Below are positions 48,195-58,650 of a stretch of DNA of 64,000 bases, in pieces. Where the stretch lies: NCBI GenBank assembly GCA_963814585.1, contig CAWFDF010000014.1:160001-224000 (forward strand), written 5' to 3'. The stretch is from an uncultured delta proteobacterium (GTDB lineage: Bacteria; Myxococcota; Myxococcia; Myxococcales; Anaeromyxobacteraceae). How positions within the stretch are numbered: the first letter of the stretch is position 1; each line of letters opens with the position of its first letter. The notes under the pieces were generated by a model that was not told the DNA's origin, did no database searches, and worked only from the letters and a program-made list of their open reading frames with translations. The translations under genes and the position numbers were made by a program.

Positions 48195-49385
48195 GTGGCT
48201 CGCCGGGAACCGCGGCGCCTCCGGGGCGCGATCCTCTCGCTCCTCGCGGCCGGGGCCTCCCTTCCGGGGTGTGGCACTCCCGGGCTGACCCGGTCGAGCC
48301 CGACCGACCTGGCTCGCCTGCTGGAGCGGGAGCTGGAGCGGAACCACGCCGCGGGCGTGGTGGTGGCGGCGGCCTGGGCGGACGGGAGGAAGGTGGTGAG
48401 CTCGGCGGGGTGGTCCCGGCTCTCGCCTCCGGAGGCCGCAACGGGCGAGACCCGCTGGCCCTGGTTCTCGGTGACCAAGCTGTTCACCGCCACCGCCATC
48501 CTCCAGCTCGCCGAGGCCGGGAGGGTCCGGCTCGACGAGCCGGCCGCCACCTACGTCCCCTCCTTCCGCCCGCGGGGCCACCGCCCGCCGACGGTCGGGG
48601 AGCTGCTGGCCCACACCTCGGGTCTCGCCAACCCGATCCCGGTGACCTGGATCCACCTGGCCAGCGAGGCCGGCCCGACGCTCGACGAGCTGACGGCGCG
48701 GCTCCTCGCTGCGCACCCCGATCTGGAGTTCGAGCCCGGCTCGCGCTTCCGGTACTCGAACCTCGGCTACCTGGTGCTCGGGCAGGTCGTCGAGCGGGCC
48801 TCGGGCGAGCCCTTCGAGGCCTACCTGCACCACCACGTGCTGGACCCGCTGCAGGCCTCGGGAAGCTCCTTCTCGGTGACCTCGGGGACCGCGACCGGCT
48901 ACTCGGCGCGGTGGTCCCTCATGGGGCTCGCCGCGTGGTGGATGCTGGACGCGCGGTTCTTCGGCGCCACCGAGAGCGGGTTGACCGAGCTGCGGCCCTT
49001 CTCGGTGGACGGCGCGCCCTACGGTGGCCTGGTCGGGACGGCGTCCGACCTGGTCAGGCTCGGCCAGGCGATGCTCGGAGGCGGCCAGCTCGACGGCCGC
49101 AGGCTGCTCTCGGAGGAGCAGGCGGCGCTGGCCCTGACGCCTTCCCGCACCACGGCGGGGGGCGCGCTCCCCATCGGGCTCGGGTGGCACCTCGGGGAGG
49201 TCGGGGGCGAGCCGTTCGCGCACCACATCGGGGGCGGCGGGGGGTTCCGATCCGAGCTGCGCATCTACCCGCGACTCGGTTACGCCATCGCCGTGATCGG
49301 CAACGAGACCAGCTTCGACACCGACCTGCTGGCCCGGGTCCTCGTCGAGCCCCAGGCCCCGGCGCCGGGGAGCCCAGGCCGGTAG
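48195..49385 (+). CDS. Beta-lactamase-family serine hydrolase, probable lipoprotein
   Basis: FSVTK (SxxK), LLAHTSGL, FRYSNLGY, HIGGGGGF; LPGC lipobox. Start inferred. Confidence 0.85.
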   Translation: MARREPRRLRGAILSLLAAGASLPGCGTPGLTRSSPTDLARLLERELERNHAAGVVVAAAWADGRKVVSSAGWSRLSPPEAATGETRWPWFSVTKLFTATAILQLAEAGRVRLDEPAATYVPSFRPRGHRPPTVGELLAHTSGLANPIPVTWIHLASEAGPTLDELTARLLAAHPDLEFEPGSRFRYSNLGYLVLGQVVERASGEPFEAYLHHHVLDPLQASGSSFSVTSGTATGYSARWSLMGLAAWWMLDARFFGATESGLTELRPFSVDGAPYGGLVGTASDLVRLGQAMLGGGQLDGRRLLSEEQAALALTPSRTTAGGALPIGLGWHLGEVGGEPFAHHIGGGGGFRSELRIYPRLGYAIAVIGNETSFDTDLLARVLVEPQAPAPGSPGR

Positions 49386-49393
49386 CGACCTCG

Positions 49394-50179
49394 CTACCCG
49401 TGGACCTTCCGCCCGAACTCGCGCATCCAGCCCTGCTCCTCGTCGGAGAGCGGCCCGCGCGCGAGCGCCGCCAGGTTCTCGCGCAGCTCCTTCACGTCCT
49501 TCGGGCCGGTCAGCACCACGTCGACGTGCGGGCTGGAGAGGCAGAAGCGGTAGCAGTCGCCGGCGGTCATGACCGGGCCGGTCCAGCCGCGGGGCGCCCG
49601 GAGCAGCTTCCGCCACGACGTGGCGGTGTAGGCCACCACCGCCGGCAGCCGCCTCGCCAGGTGGGGGAAGATGTCGGTCTCGGCCCCCGGGTGGGCGGCG
49701 TTGTAGCGGATCATGAGGACGTCGAGCGGGGAGTCGAGGGCCAGCTTCCCGGCCCGGGGCCGGTCGTGGATGGAGACCGCCAGCGCCCGGACCGCCCCGG
49801 TCTCGCGGATGCGGGCCAGCTCGTCGGCCATGGCCGGCGAGAGGCGCGACATCTTGCCGAGCCAGTAGAGCTGCAGCACGTCGAGGTAGTCGGTGCCGAG
49901 CACCTTCCTGGCCCGGTCGACGTACTTCTGCAGCTGGCCCGGGAAGAAGGTGAGCGTCGGCCCTCCCGCGATCACGTACCGCTCGCGGTCGCGCCGGCAG
50001 GCCTGGCGCAGCGGCCCGGTCAGCCTCGAGGCCCGTGGGTTCCAGAAGACGTACTGGAGCTGCTCCAGCGCCTCGGCGCAGCCGGCCTCGTCGAGGCCGA
50101 AGCTGGGGGCCAGGCCGAGCCGGTGGATCCGCTTCCCGCCCAGCGCCCGCACCGGGCGATGCGTGAAGCCGTCGGCCAT
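49394..50179 (-). CDS. Aldo/keto reductase-like oxidoreductase
   Basis: LGTDYLDVLQL, GAVRALAVSIH, DVLMIRYNAAH, FCLSSPHVDVVLTG, ELRENL. Confidence 0.82.
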   Translation of the reverse strand: MADGFTHRPVRALGGKRIHRLGLAPSFGLDEAGCAEALEQLQYVFWNPRASRLTGPLRQACRRDRERYVIAGGPTLTFFPGQLQKYVDRARKVLGTDYLDVLQLYWLGKMSRLSPAMADELARIRETGAVRALAVSIHDRPRAGKLALDSPLDVLMIRYNAAHPGAETDIFPHLARRLPAVVAYTATSWRKLLRAPRGWTGPVMTAGDCYRFCLSSPHVDVVLTGPKDVKELRENLAALARGPLSDEEQGWMREFGRKVHG

Positions 50180-50183
50180 GCGG

Positions 50184-51827
50184 CTACCCTCCTCGCGTCG
50201 CGACCGCGACGATGGCCTGGGCCTCCTCGACGATGCGGGCCAGGTGGGCCTCGTCGCGGAAGCTCTCGGCGTAGATCTTCTGCACGTCCTCGGTCCCCGA
50301 CGGGCGCGCGGCGAACCAGCCGCTGGCAGTGGTCACCTTGAGCCCGCCGATCTCGGCGCCGTTCCCCGGGGCGCGGGTGAGCCGGGCGGTGATGGGGTCG
50401 CCGGCCAGCGTCGCGGCGGTGACCGCCTCCGGCGAGAGCTTCCTGAGCGCGGCCTTCACGGCCGGCGAGGCGGGGGCGTCGAGGCGCCGGTAGACCGGCG
50501 CCCCCAGCTCGGCGGTCAGTTCGCGGTAGCGCTCGCCCGGATCCCGCCCGGTCCGCGCCAGCAGCTCCACCGCCAGGAGATCGAGCAGGATGCCGTCCTT
50601 GTCGGTGGTCCAGGTGGTCCCGTCGCGGCGCAGGAAGGAGGCGCCGGCGCTCTCCTCGCCACCGAAGCCGATCGAGCCGTCGCCCAGCCCGGCGACGAAC
50701 CACTTGAAGCCGACCGGAACCTCGACGAGCCGCCGGCCGAGCCGCGTCGCCACCCGGTCGATGAGCGCCGACGAGACCAGCGTCTTGCCGACGGCGGCGG
50801 TGGCCGGCCAGCCCGGGCGGTGCCGGAAGAGGTAGTCGATGGCCACCGCCAGGTAGGCGTTCGGGTCGAGCAGCCCCATGGACGGCGTGACGATGCCGTG
50901 CCGGTCGGCGTCGGCGTCGTTCCCGAAGGCGAGGTCGAACCGGTCCTTCAGGGCGATGAGGCCGCTCATGGCGTACCGCGACGAGCAGTCCATGCGGATC
51001 CGGCCGTCGTGGTCGAGCGGCATGAAGCCGAAGGTGGGGTCGAGCTCCGGGCGGGTGACGGTGAGGTCGAGCCCCAGCTCCGCGGCGATCGGCTCCCAGT
51101 AGGGCGCGCTGGCGCCGCCCATGGGATCGGCGCCGAGCCTCAGCCTCGCGCCGCGCAGCACCTCCAGGTCGAGCACGGCGCCGAGATCCCTCACGTAGGG
51201 GCGGACGTAGTCGCGCGCCGAGGTGGTGGCGGCGGCGCGGGCCCGCTGGTACGGGAACCGCTTCACGTCGCGGTTCCCCCCCTCCAGCAGCAGGTTGGCC
51301 CGCCGCTCGATCCACCCGGTGGCGTCGGCGTCGGCCGGGCCGCCATGGGGCGGGTTGTACTTGATGCCGCCGTCCTCCGGCGGGTTGTGGCTCGGCGTGA
51401 TGATGAGCCCGTCGGCGAGGTGGGCGGCCCGGCCGCGGTTGTGGCCGAGGATGGCGTGGGAGAGGACCGGCGTCGGCACCGGGGTGCCGCCCTCGGAGAC
51501 GACGACGGTGACCCCGTTGGCGGCCAGCACCTCGAGCGTGGTGCGCTCGGCCGGCGCGGAGAGCGCGTGGGTGTCGCTGCCCAGGAAGAGCGGGCCGTCG
51601 ATCCCCTGCCCGGCCCGGTACTCGGCGGTGGCCTGGGCCACCGCCGCGATGTGGGCGTCGTTGAAGCCACGCCTCAGCCCGTTGCCGCGGTGGCCGGAGG
51701 TGCCGAAGGCGACCCGCTGCGCCGGGATCGACGGATCGGGCGCCTCCTCGGCGTAGCGGCGCCGCAGGTCGGCGACGTCGATGAGCTGGTCGCGGGGGGC
51801 CGGCTGGCCGGCGAGGGGGTGGGCCAT
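50184..51827 (-). CDS. pgm: Phosphoglucomutase
   Basis: [43 protein letters not shown]. Confidence 0.96.
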   Translation of the reverse strand: MAHPLAGQPAPRDQLIDVADLRRRYAEEAPDPSIPAQRVAFGTSGHRGNGLRRGFNDAHIAAVAQATAEYRAGQGIDGPLFLGSDTHALSAPAERTTLEVLAANGVTVVVSEGGTPVPTPVLSHAILGHNRGRAAHLADGLIITPSHNPPEDGGIKYNPPHGGPADADATGWIERRANLLLEGGNRDVKRFPYQRARAAATTSARDYVRPYVRDLGAVLDLEVLRGARLRLGADPMGGASAPYWEPIAAELGLDLTVTRPELDPTFGFMPLDHDGRIRMDCSSRYAMSGLIALKDRFDLAFGNDADADRHGIVTPSMGLLDPNAYLAVAIDYLFRHRPGWPATAAVGKTLVSSALIDRVATRLGRRLVEVPVGFKWFVAGLGDGSIGFGGEESAGASFLRRDGTTWTTDKDGILLDLLAVELLARTGRDPGERYRELTAELGAPVYRRLDAPASPAVKAALRKLSPEAVTAATLAGDPITARLTRAPGNGAEIGGLKVTTASGWFAARPSGTEDVQKIYAESFRDEAHLARIVEEAQAIVAVATRGG

Positions 51828-51966
51828 CGCAGCAGTCTAGCCCGCCACCCCCCGGGGAGGGGCCGGGCAGGTGGGGACAGCGCCCAGGAGCCGCGGCGCG
51901 GGCGCCGCCACCCTCCTAGATCACGGGGGGCGAGGCCCTTCCGGGCCGCCAGCGGAGGAGGAGACC

Positions 51967-52611
51967 ATGAAGATCGGCGTGCTCGGTTCAGGCGTGGTCG
52001 GGGAGGCGCTGTCCAACGGATTGCTGAAGCACGGCCACGAGGTGATGCGCGGCTCGAGGGACCCGGCCAAGCTGCAGGCCTGGCGCAGCGGCGCCGGTCC
52101 TCGCGCCCGGACCGGCACCCTGGCCGAGACGGCGGGCTTCGGTTCCATGGTGGTGCTGGCGGTGAAGGGGAGCGCGGCGGTGGAGGCCGTCGAGTCCTGC
52201 CGGGAGGCCCTGGCGGGGAAGGCGGTGATCGACACCACCAACCCCATCGCCGAGGCCCCTCCCGTGAACGGCGTGCTCCAGTTCTTCACCGGCCCGGGGG
52301 ACTCCCTCCTGGAGCGGCTCCAGGCCCGAGTCCCCGCCGCCCACTTCGTCAAGGCGTTCTCCTGCGTCGGCAACGCGCTGATGGTGGACCCCAGGCTGCC
52401 CGGCGGTCCGCCCACCATGTTCATCTGCGGCAACGACGAGGGAGCCAGGCGGCAGGTGGCCACCCTGGTCGAGCAGCTGGGCTGGGAGGTGGACGACCTG
52501 GGCGCCGCCGAGGCGGCCCGGGCCATCGAGCCGCTCTGCATGCTCTGGTGCATCCCCGGATTCCTGAGGAACCGGTGGGACCACGCCTTCAAGATGCTCC
52601 GCGCCTCGTAG
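51967..52611 (+). CDS. NADPH-dependent F420 reductase-like oxidoreductase
   Basis: KIGVLGSGVVG, VIDTTNP, FVKAF, ARAIEP; GGAGGAGG RBS. Confidence 0.85.
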   Translation: MKIGVLGSGVVGEALSNGLLKHGHEVMRGSRDPAKLQAWRSGAGPRARTGTLAETAGFGSMVVLAVKGSAAVEAVESCREALAGKAVIDTTNPIAEAPPVNGVLQFFTGPGDSLLERLQARVPAAHFVKAFSCVGNALMVDPRLPGGPPTMFICGNDEGARRQVATLVEQLGWEVDDLGAAEAARAIEPLCMLWCIPGFLRNRWDHAFKMLRAS

Positions 52612-52656
52612 CACCGCGCCCCGGGCAAGATGACGTGACGAGAGGCCGAGACCGAA

Positions 52657-52731
52657 GCGAGCCTGGCGCCCGAGGAGGGAGCCGCGGAAGCGTCGCAGCG
52701 CTGCCCTGAGCAGCGGACCGACGAGGCCGCC
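52657..52731. repeat. Second copy of the dispersed intergenic repeat core
   Basis: Shares GCGAGCC..., GGAGC.GCGGAAGCG and CTGAGCAGCGGAC.GA.GAG.CCGCC with 26226-26301; bracketed by TGACGTGAC at 52631-52639 and 52768-52776. Confidence 0.65.
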
Positions 52732-52799
52732 TGCATCTGGCACCGCCGGCACGCCCCACCCCCACCCTGACGTGACCTCGCGCAGGCTCCCGGTGGTGC

Positions 52800-52816
52800 G
52801 GGGGGGGGGGGGGGGG
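52800..52816. repeat. Intergenic poly-G tract (17 nt)
   Basis: Read directly; lies between convergent genes. Confidence 0.85.
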
Positions 52817-52828
52817 CCGGGGCGGCCG

Positions 52829-53515
52829 TCAGTCGCCCGTGGCCGAGAGCGTGAACCCCCGCAGGTCGGGGAGGCTGCGTGCCGCCGCGCCGAGACGGGA
52901 CAGGTTGCCCGGGTCCACGGTCCGGACGGCCATCCGGTACTCGAACGTCCCGAGGTGCTCGTCGAGGTCGTAGGCCAGGTTGATGATGAAGAAGTGGTGC
53001 GCCGCCATGAGCTTCCGCGCGTCCTCCTCCAGGAAGGGGCCGTCGCGGGCCGTGCGCAGGGTGCACTGGGCGTACACCTGGGCCGGGAAGTGGTTCTCGA
53101 TCTGCCGGAACACCGACAGGATGCCGAGGGTGAGCGCGGTGGCCAGCGCGCCCGCCGCGTAGAACCCCACGCCCATGAGGACCCCGACGGCCGCCGTCGT
53201 CCAGATGGACGCGGCGGTGGTGAGCCCCCGGACCGTCAGGCCCTCCTTGAAGATGACCCCGGCACCGAGAAAGCCGATTCCGGTCATGATCCCCTGGGCC
53301 ATCCGGGTCGGGTCCACGCGGACGGCGTCGCTGATGGTGAACCACTGCCCCTGAAAGAGCGTGACGAGCATCAGCATGCTCGACGCCATGGCCACCAGGG
53401 CGTGGGTCCGGAACCCGGCGGCGCGGCCGTGGTAGCTGCGCTCCATGCCGATGATCCCGCCGGCGACCACCGCCGCCAGCATGTGCTCCGCGAACACGCC
53501 TATCGACTGCGGCAT
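52829..53515 (-). CDS. MgtC/SapB-family membrane protein
   Basis: GIIGMER, AAGFRTHALV, DPTRMAQGIMTGIGFLGAGVI, GLTTAASIW. Confidence 0.93.
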   Translation of the reverse strand: MPQSIGVFAEHMLAAVVAGGIIGMERSYHGRAAGFRTHALVAMASSMLMLVTLFQGQWFTISDAVRVDPTRMAQGIMTGIGFLGAGVIFKEGLTVRGLTTAASIWTTAAVGVLMGVGFYAAGALATALTLGILSVFRQIENHFPAQVYAQCTLRTARDGPFLEEDARKLMAAHHFFIINLAYDLDEHLGTFEYRMAVRTVDPGNLSRLGAAARSLPDLRGFTLSATGD

Positions 53516-53556
53516 GGGGCCCCCGTGGTCAGATGGTACGCCGGCCGCGGCGCGGC

Positions 53557-54372
53557 TCACAGTTCCCAGAGCGAGGCGCCGCGCCGGACGTAGCCCCGCT
53601 CCACCGCCAGGCCGTCGTGGGCCAGCGTCGGCCAGTCGGCGAGGTAGACCGCCTCCTCGCCCTCCCGGGTGTAGACCTTCAGGTAGCCCTTGCAGGCCTC
53701 GCAGACGTCGAGCCGCAGGCCGGTGCTCGTCTTCGACTCCAGCCGCGCCTGCCGCCCGGCGTCGCGGTTGCCGCAGTGCGGGCAACCCGGGGGCGCGTCG
53801 CGCCAGCGCGAGGTGCAGCAGCCGCAGACCAGGGTCCGCTCGCCCCCCCGGGCGTGCGCCATCATGGGGAGGGCGCCGCAGAGCGGACAGGTCGAGCGCC
53901 CCCACCGCAGACCGTTCCGCCAGGCGGCGAACGGCTCGAGGACCGGGGCCAGCAGCCGCCCGAAGGCCCTCCAGGCCAGCAGCTGGAGCAGCGCCGGCTG
54001 GACCGGCGCCGTGGCGGGCGCCGCTCCGCTGAGCAGCCAGCGGATGGTGGCCACCCTCGCCTCGGCGTGCGCCATCGCCGCGCGGACCTCCTTCATCCCC
54101 TTGGCCAGCGGCGCGGGGAGCCCGGCCGCTGCGGCCTGCACGCTGGCCGGCTCGAGCAGGTCGGCGGCCGCCGCCCTCAGCACCGCCCCGTGGCTCTCGC
54201 CCAGCAGCAGCGCCACCCCGTTCTCGTGCTCGGCCCGGTGCTCCGCCCACGGCGGCAGCGCCAGCGCCGGGACCGGCACCGCCTCGGCCGCACCCCGGAC
54301 CAGCCCCTCGAAGCGCGCCAGGGGCACGAGGAAGGGGTTCTGCTGCAGCCAGCGCTGGAGCGCGGGATCCAT
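53557..54372 (-). CDS. fdhE: Formate dehydrogenase accessory protein FdhE-like
   Basis: CPLCG, CGCC..W, CPHCG, DVCEACKGYLK, DGLAVERGY. Confidence 0.85.
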   Translation of the reverse strand: MDPALQRWLQQNPFLVPLARFEGLVRGAAEAVPVPALALPPWAEHRAEHENGVALLLGESHGAVLRAAAADLLEPASVQAAAAGLPAPLAKGMKEVRAAMAHAEARVATIRWLLSGAAPATAPVQPALLQLLAWRAFGRLLAPVLEPFAAWRNGLRWGRSTCPLCGALPMMAHARGGERTLVCGCCTSRWRDAPPGCPHCGNRDAGRQARLESKTSTGLRLDVCEACKGYLKVYTREGEEAVYLADWPTLAHDGLAVERGYVRRGASLWEL

Positions 54373-54433
54373 TCGGCTCGACGTCTCCCTCCGTTCGGGC
54401 GCCGACGGCGCCCGCGCGCTACAATCGCACGTC

Positions 54434-55573
54434 ATGCCCCTCCCGGTCAGCACCTCGTCCCCGCGCCTCGTCGCGCACCTCGCCCTCCTCCTGCTCGGCG
54501 CGGCCGGCGCCCGGCCTGCAGGGGCCTCCTCCGGGGCCACGCCCCCTCCGCCGGTCCTCCGCCCCACGCCGCTGGTCTCGCTCGGCGCCTGGACCACCGG
54601 CTCGAGGCCGGACACCGGCCGGCTGGTCGACGGCCGCTTCCGGGGCTCCTCCTGGGGCGGCGGCCAGCCGACCGAGTCCCGGCCCGCCTGGGCGGCCATC
54701 AGGCTGCAGCGGCCCTACCACAGGCTCCTGCTGAGCTGGACCTCCTCCCACAACCACGACTACTTCGAGCAGTTCTACGGCGCCCCGCGCGACTACCGGA
54801 TCGAGACCAGCGCCGACTCCACCGACGGCGAGGACGGCCGCTGGACGCTGGCCGCCGCGGTGACCGGGAACCCCGCCCGCAGCCGCGCCCACGCCGTGCC
54901 GTTCGAGGGCCAGCGCTGGATCCGCATGAGCGTGACCCGGCTGCCGGAGAAGGTGAACGAGTGGGGGCTGTTCCTCGACGAGGTCGAGCTGTTCGACCTC
55001 TCCGCCGGCGGGAACGACCTGTGGGTCTTCCTCGGAGACTCCATCACCGCGGGCGTCTTCGACCGGGCCGACGAGCGGCGTCCGTCGTTCGCCGAGAGCG
55101 TGGCGGCGCTCCACCCCGGCTACTCCCCCGCCATGATCAACGCCGGCCTGCCCAGGCTCCGGAGCTGGGAGGCCATCGACCGGGTGGACGAGGTGCTGGC
55201 GCTCAACCCCGACGCCACCGTGGTGGCCATCACGCTCGGCTCCAACGACGGCGATCTCGACAAGCTGCGCGCCGCGCTCGGGGGGATCATCGACAAGGTG
55301 CAGGCGGCCGGCAAGATCCCGCTGCTCTCCCGCATCCCCTACCAGACCAAGTACGACCAGGACTACGTGGCCGTGAAGAACCAGGTGGTGGACCAGCTGA
55401 TCCGGGATCGCGGCCTCGTCCCCGGCCCCGACCTCTACGGCTGGTTCAAGGCCCGGCCCGGCCGCCTCCACGACGGCCTCCACCCCGACGGCCCCGGATC
55501 GGTGGACATGAGCCGTGAGTTCGCCCGCTCCGCGGCGCCGCTCTACCCGCCCTCCCCTGGTCACTCGCCGTGA
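54434..55573 (+). CDS. Secreted SGNH/GDSL hydrolase with N-terminal discoidin-like domain
   Basis: Signal peptide; FLGDSIT, LGSND, DGLHP; N-terminal YRIETSADS...RWIRM. Confidence 0.82.
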   Translation: MPLPVSTSSPRLVAHLALLLLGAAGARPAGASSGATPPPPVLRPTPLVSLGAWTTGSRPDTGRLVDGRFRGSSWGGGQPTESRPAWAAIRLQRPYHRLLLSWTSSHNHDYFEQFYGAPRDYRIETSADSTDGEDGRWTLAAAVTGNPARSRAHAVPFEGQRWIRMSVTRLPEKVNEWGLFLDEVELFDLSAGGNDLWVFLGDSITAGVFDRADERRPSFAESVAALHPGYSPAMINAGLPRLRSWEAIDRVDEVLALNPDATVVAITLGSNDGDLDKLRAALGGIIDKVQAAGKIPLLSRIPYQTKYDQDYVAVKNQVVDQLIRDRGLVPGPDLYGWFKARPGRLHDGLHPDGPGSVDMSREFARSAAPLYPPSPGHSP

Positions 55574-56445
55574 AGGTGGTGCTGACCGTGGCCGGCTCCG
55601 ACTCGGGCGGAGGAGCCGGCGTCCAGGCCGACCTGCGCACCTTCGCCGCCCACCGGGTCCACGGCACCTCGGCCCTCACCGCGGTGACCGCGCAGAACTC
55701 GGTGGCGGTGACGGCCTGGACGGCGCTGGACCCGGCGCTGGTGGTGGCGCAGCTCGAGGCCGTGGCCGACGACATGGTGGTGGCGGCCACCAAGACCGGC
55801 ATGCTGGCCACCGAGCCGATCATCCGGGCCGTGGCCGAGGCGGCCGGGCGGCTGCGGCTCGGGCCGCTGGTGGTCGACCCGGTCATGGTGGCCAAGAGCG
55901 GGGACCGGCTGCTCGACGAGGGGGCCCAGCTGGCCTACGTGGAGACGCTCTTCCCGCTGGCGACGCTGGTGACCCCGAACCTCTTCGAGGCCGAGGCGCT
56001 GCTGGGCCGCCCCGTCCCCGACGCCGCCGCCATGCTGGACGCGGCGCGCGACCTGCTGGCGCTGGGAGCGCGGGCGGTCCTGCTCAAGGGCGGCCGGCTC
56101 GAGGGCGCGGCCGTCGACGTCTTCGCCGACGGCGCGAGGCTGGTCGGGCTCCCCGCGGAGCGGATCGACACCCGCCACACCCAGGGGACCGGCTGCACGC
56201 TCTCGGCGGCCATCGCCGCCCGGCTGGCGCTGGGCGACGAGCTGCTCGAGGCGGTGCGAGGCGCCAAGGCCTGGCTCACCGAGGCCCTGCGCCACGCCTA
56301 CGCCGTGGGCCGGGGGCGCGGCCCGGTCGATCACCTCTTCGCGCTGACGCCCCCGCCTACCAGCCTCCCGGGTGGAACGGCCACCAGCGCTGGAGGCGGG
56401 CCGCCACCAGCGCCAGCAGCACCAGCACCACCAGCAGGACCGTGA
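55570..56445 (+). CDS. thiD: Hydroxymethylpyrimidine/phosphomethylpyrimidine kinase
   Basis: [44 protein letters not shown]. Confidence 0.95.
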   Translation: MKVVLTVAGSDSGGGAGVQADLRTFAAHRVHGTSALTAVTAQNSVAVTAWTALDPALVVAQLEAVADDMVVAATKTGMLATEPIIRAVAEAAGRLRLGPLVVDPVMVAKSGDRLLDEGAQLAYVETLFPLATLVTPNLFEAEALLGRPVPDAAAMLDAARDLLALGARAVLLKGGRLEGAAVDVFADGARLVGLPAERIDTRHTQGTGCTLSAAIAARLALGDELLEAVRGAKAWLTEALRHAYAVGRGRGPVDHLFALTPPPTSLPGGTATSAGGGPPPAPAAPAPPAGP

Positions 56446-58522
56446 CCCGGCGCCGCTGCCTGGCCCTGACGTCCTCGAAGGGATCCTGGAGCGACCGCCG
56501 GGCGCCGGGAGGCAGGGCCGCGACGTCGGTGAGCGCGGTCCCGAGCGGGATGTTGACGCGGATCCGTCCGTTGATGGCCCAGCCGGTGGCGTCGAGCAGG
56601 GGCCCCAGCGTCCGCTGGCGCAGCTTGAGCCAGGCGATGAGCATCGAGGGGCCGGAGATGATGAGCACCACGCCGCCCACCGCCACCAGCTTGGCCCACC
56701 AGGGCTGCAGCCCGATGAAGCCGGAGACGAAGGCGCCGAGGAAGGTGGCCATGGCCCCGACGCCGACGCCGAGCGCGGCGATGATGCCGACCATCTTGCC
56801 GACGTCGACCGGCGGCGGCGACGTGGGCGAGGCCGGAGCCGCCCCGGGAACGGTCGCGGCCGCGGCGGCGGACAGCCTGGCGTCCGACTCCTTCTCCTTG
56901 GCGGCGGCGAACCTGGCGATCTGCTGCTCGAGCATCCGCAGGAACTTCTTGTAGGGCGCGGCGAAGGCCTGCCGCAGGGCGATGGGGTTGTCGACCACCC
57001 GGACCACGGTGGCGTCCCAGTCACGCCCCCTTCGATCGTAGAAGAGGCCGTTGCGTCCCACCGTGACGAAGTCGCCGTCGCCCCGGGTGAAGCAGGCGGC
57101 GATCCTCATGGTCTCGCCTCCGGCGCGGCGCAGGTCGCAGTAGGCGATGAACAGGTTCGAGCCCAGCGCCTGGGCGGCGTGGGCGGCCGGGTCGGCCACG
57201 CGGATGCACAGGTGGCAGCTGCGTCCGTCGAGGTAGAGCGTCCCGGCCTGGAAGATGGTCGGGGTCCTCGGGTCGTAGAAATGGGCGAAGTTGACGAAGT
57301 TGCGCAGCAGCACCACCAGGTCCCGGTGGCAGTGGACCATGCGGGCCACGTCGGCCACCGCCGTGGCCTCGGGCCGGAGCGCCTCGTCCTCGGCGATGAG
57401 CTTCTCGACCTGCGCCCGCACCCCGCCGCCCAGCAGCTCGCGGACGCGGGCCGGCCCCAGGGCCTCGACGCCGCTCCCCTGCTTGCGCGCCTCCCAGTCC
57501 CGGCAGGGGTCCAGCCGCGCCACCAGCTCGCGCCACGCCGTCTCGGTGAGCGCCTCCCGGCCGGCGCCGAAGGCGGCCCTCACGGCGGTGTCGCGCAGGG
57601 CGGTGAGCGGCCCGGCCCAGGCCGGGTTGACGCCGTCGGCCAGCGGCAGCGCCCGACCCGCCTCGGCGCGGGCAGCGGGGAAGGCCGCCAGCTCGGCGCT
57701 GCCGGCGCCCAGCGGCCTGGCCGCCAGCGCCTGGAACTCCTCCTCGGACCGGTTGAGCAGGGCCGCACCGCGCGGGTCCATGGCGGCCAGCTGGCAGCGC
57801 GCGAAGTAGTCGTCCACCTTCTCGCGCACCTGCTGCACCGCGATCCAGGCCGGGCCGGTGGCGTCCCCGAAGACCAGCGCCCCCGAGGTGCGCCCGTCCT
57901 CCTGCCAGGCCTGGAAGGCGGCCAGCTCGGCGAAGAAGGCCTCCAGCTTCGCTCGGTCGATGCCTGGCTTCCCGTTCCTCCCCGTGACCGGGCCAACGCA
58001 CGCCATGGCATCGAGGATGGCCTGCCGGAGCGCCGCGTCGTCGCCGGCCTGCTCCGGCGGGACCACGCCGTCACCGTCCAGCGGGCCGGCATCGAAGACG
58101 TGGGAGAGGTCCTTGACGTCGTCCGGCGTGAGCTCGGTGGCATCGGGCTTGCCGTGGCTGGCGAGGACGCGCCGGGCCGCGGCCCGGAGGGTCCTTCCCT
58201 CCGGCGAGGCCTCCGACAGCGCCGAGAGCGGCAGGGCCGCCTCCCCCTTCAGCAGCGATCCGAGATCGGCGAGCCGGGCCTCGCAGAAGGCCAGCGCCGC
58301 CAGCAGCTCGGGCGCTCGCACCCGGCCGTCGTGGTCGAGGTCGATCAGCTCCAGCGTCCGCTGGTCGAGCTCGAGCCCGCTCACCGGGCAGGAGAGCGCC
58401 ACCCAGAGCTTCTGATCGAGCTGGTGGATGTGGCGCAGGTCCTCGGCGGTCTGGATGGTGACCTGGTCGAGGCCGCCGAGGCGGATGAACAGCCAGCGAT
58501 GGGGCGAGGAGGTGTCGGCCAT
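56357..58522 (-). CDS. Hypothetical membrane protein with EF-hand-like motif
   Basis: 721 aa; DLDHDGRVRAPE; three C-terminal TM segments; no recognisable catalytic motif. Confidence 0.75.
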   Translation of the reverse strand: MADTSSPHRWLFIRLGGLDQVTIQTAEDLRHIHQLDQKLWVALSCPVSGLELDQRTLELIDLDHDGRVRAPELLAALAFCEARLADLGSLLKGEAALPLSALSEASPEGRTLRAAARRVLASHGKPDATELTPDDVKDLSHVFDAGPLDGDGVVPPEQAGDDAALRQAILDAMACVGPVTGRNGKPGIDRAKLEAFFAELAAFQAWQEDGRTSGALVFGDATGPAWIAVQQVREKVDDYFARCQLAAMDPRGAALLNRSEEEFQALAARPLGAGSAELAAFPAARAEAGRALPLADGVNPAWAGPLTALRDTAVRAAFGAGREALTETAWRELVARLDPCRDWEARKQGSGVEALGPARVRELLGGGVRAQVEKLIAEDEALRPEATAVADVARMVHCHRDLVVLLRNFVNFAHFYDPRTPTIFQAGTLYLDGRSCHLCIRVADPAAHAAQALGSNLFIAYCDLRRAGGETMRIAACFTRGDGDFVTVGRNGLFYDRRGRDWDATVVRVVDNPIALRQAFAAPYKKFLRMLEQQIARFAAAKEKESDARLSAAAAATVPGAAPASPTSPPPVDVGKMVGIIAALGVGVGAMATFLGAFVSGFIGLQPWWAKLVAVGGVVLIISGPSMLIAWLKLRQRTLGPLLDATGWAINGRIRVNIPLGTALTDVAALPPGARRSLQDPFEDVRARQRRRVTVLLVVLVLLALVAARLQRWWPFHPGGW

Positions 58523-58650
58523 GGCCGCATGGTGGCCGAGCCGCGCCGCCCGTCCAAGGGTCCTCACGGGTCGTGCCCCTCGAAAAGGGTGTCCCTCCGA
58601 CGGGGCCTTTCCTTGCGCGCGCGGACCGCGAGTGAGAGGGTGCGGCCCAT

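Noticed and set aside
52800..52816. Phase-variation switch at G17
   Set aside because: Lies between two gene ends, not in a CDS or promoter; homopolymer length is also unreliable in this assembly.
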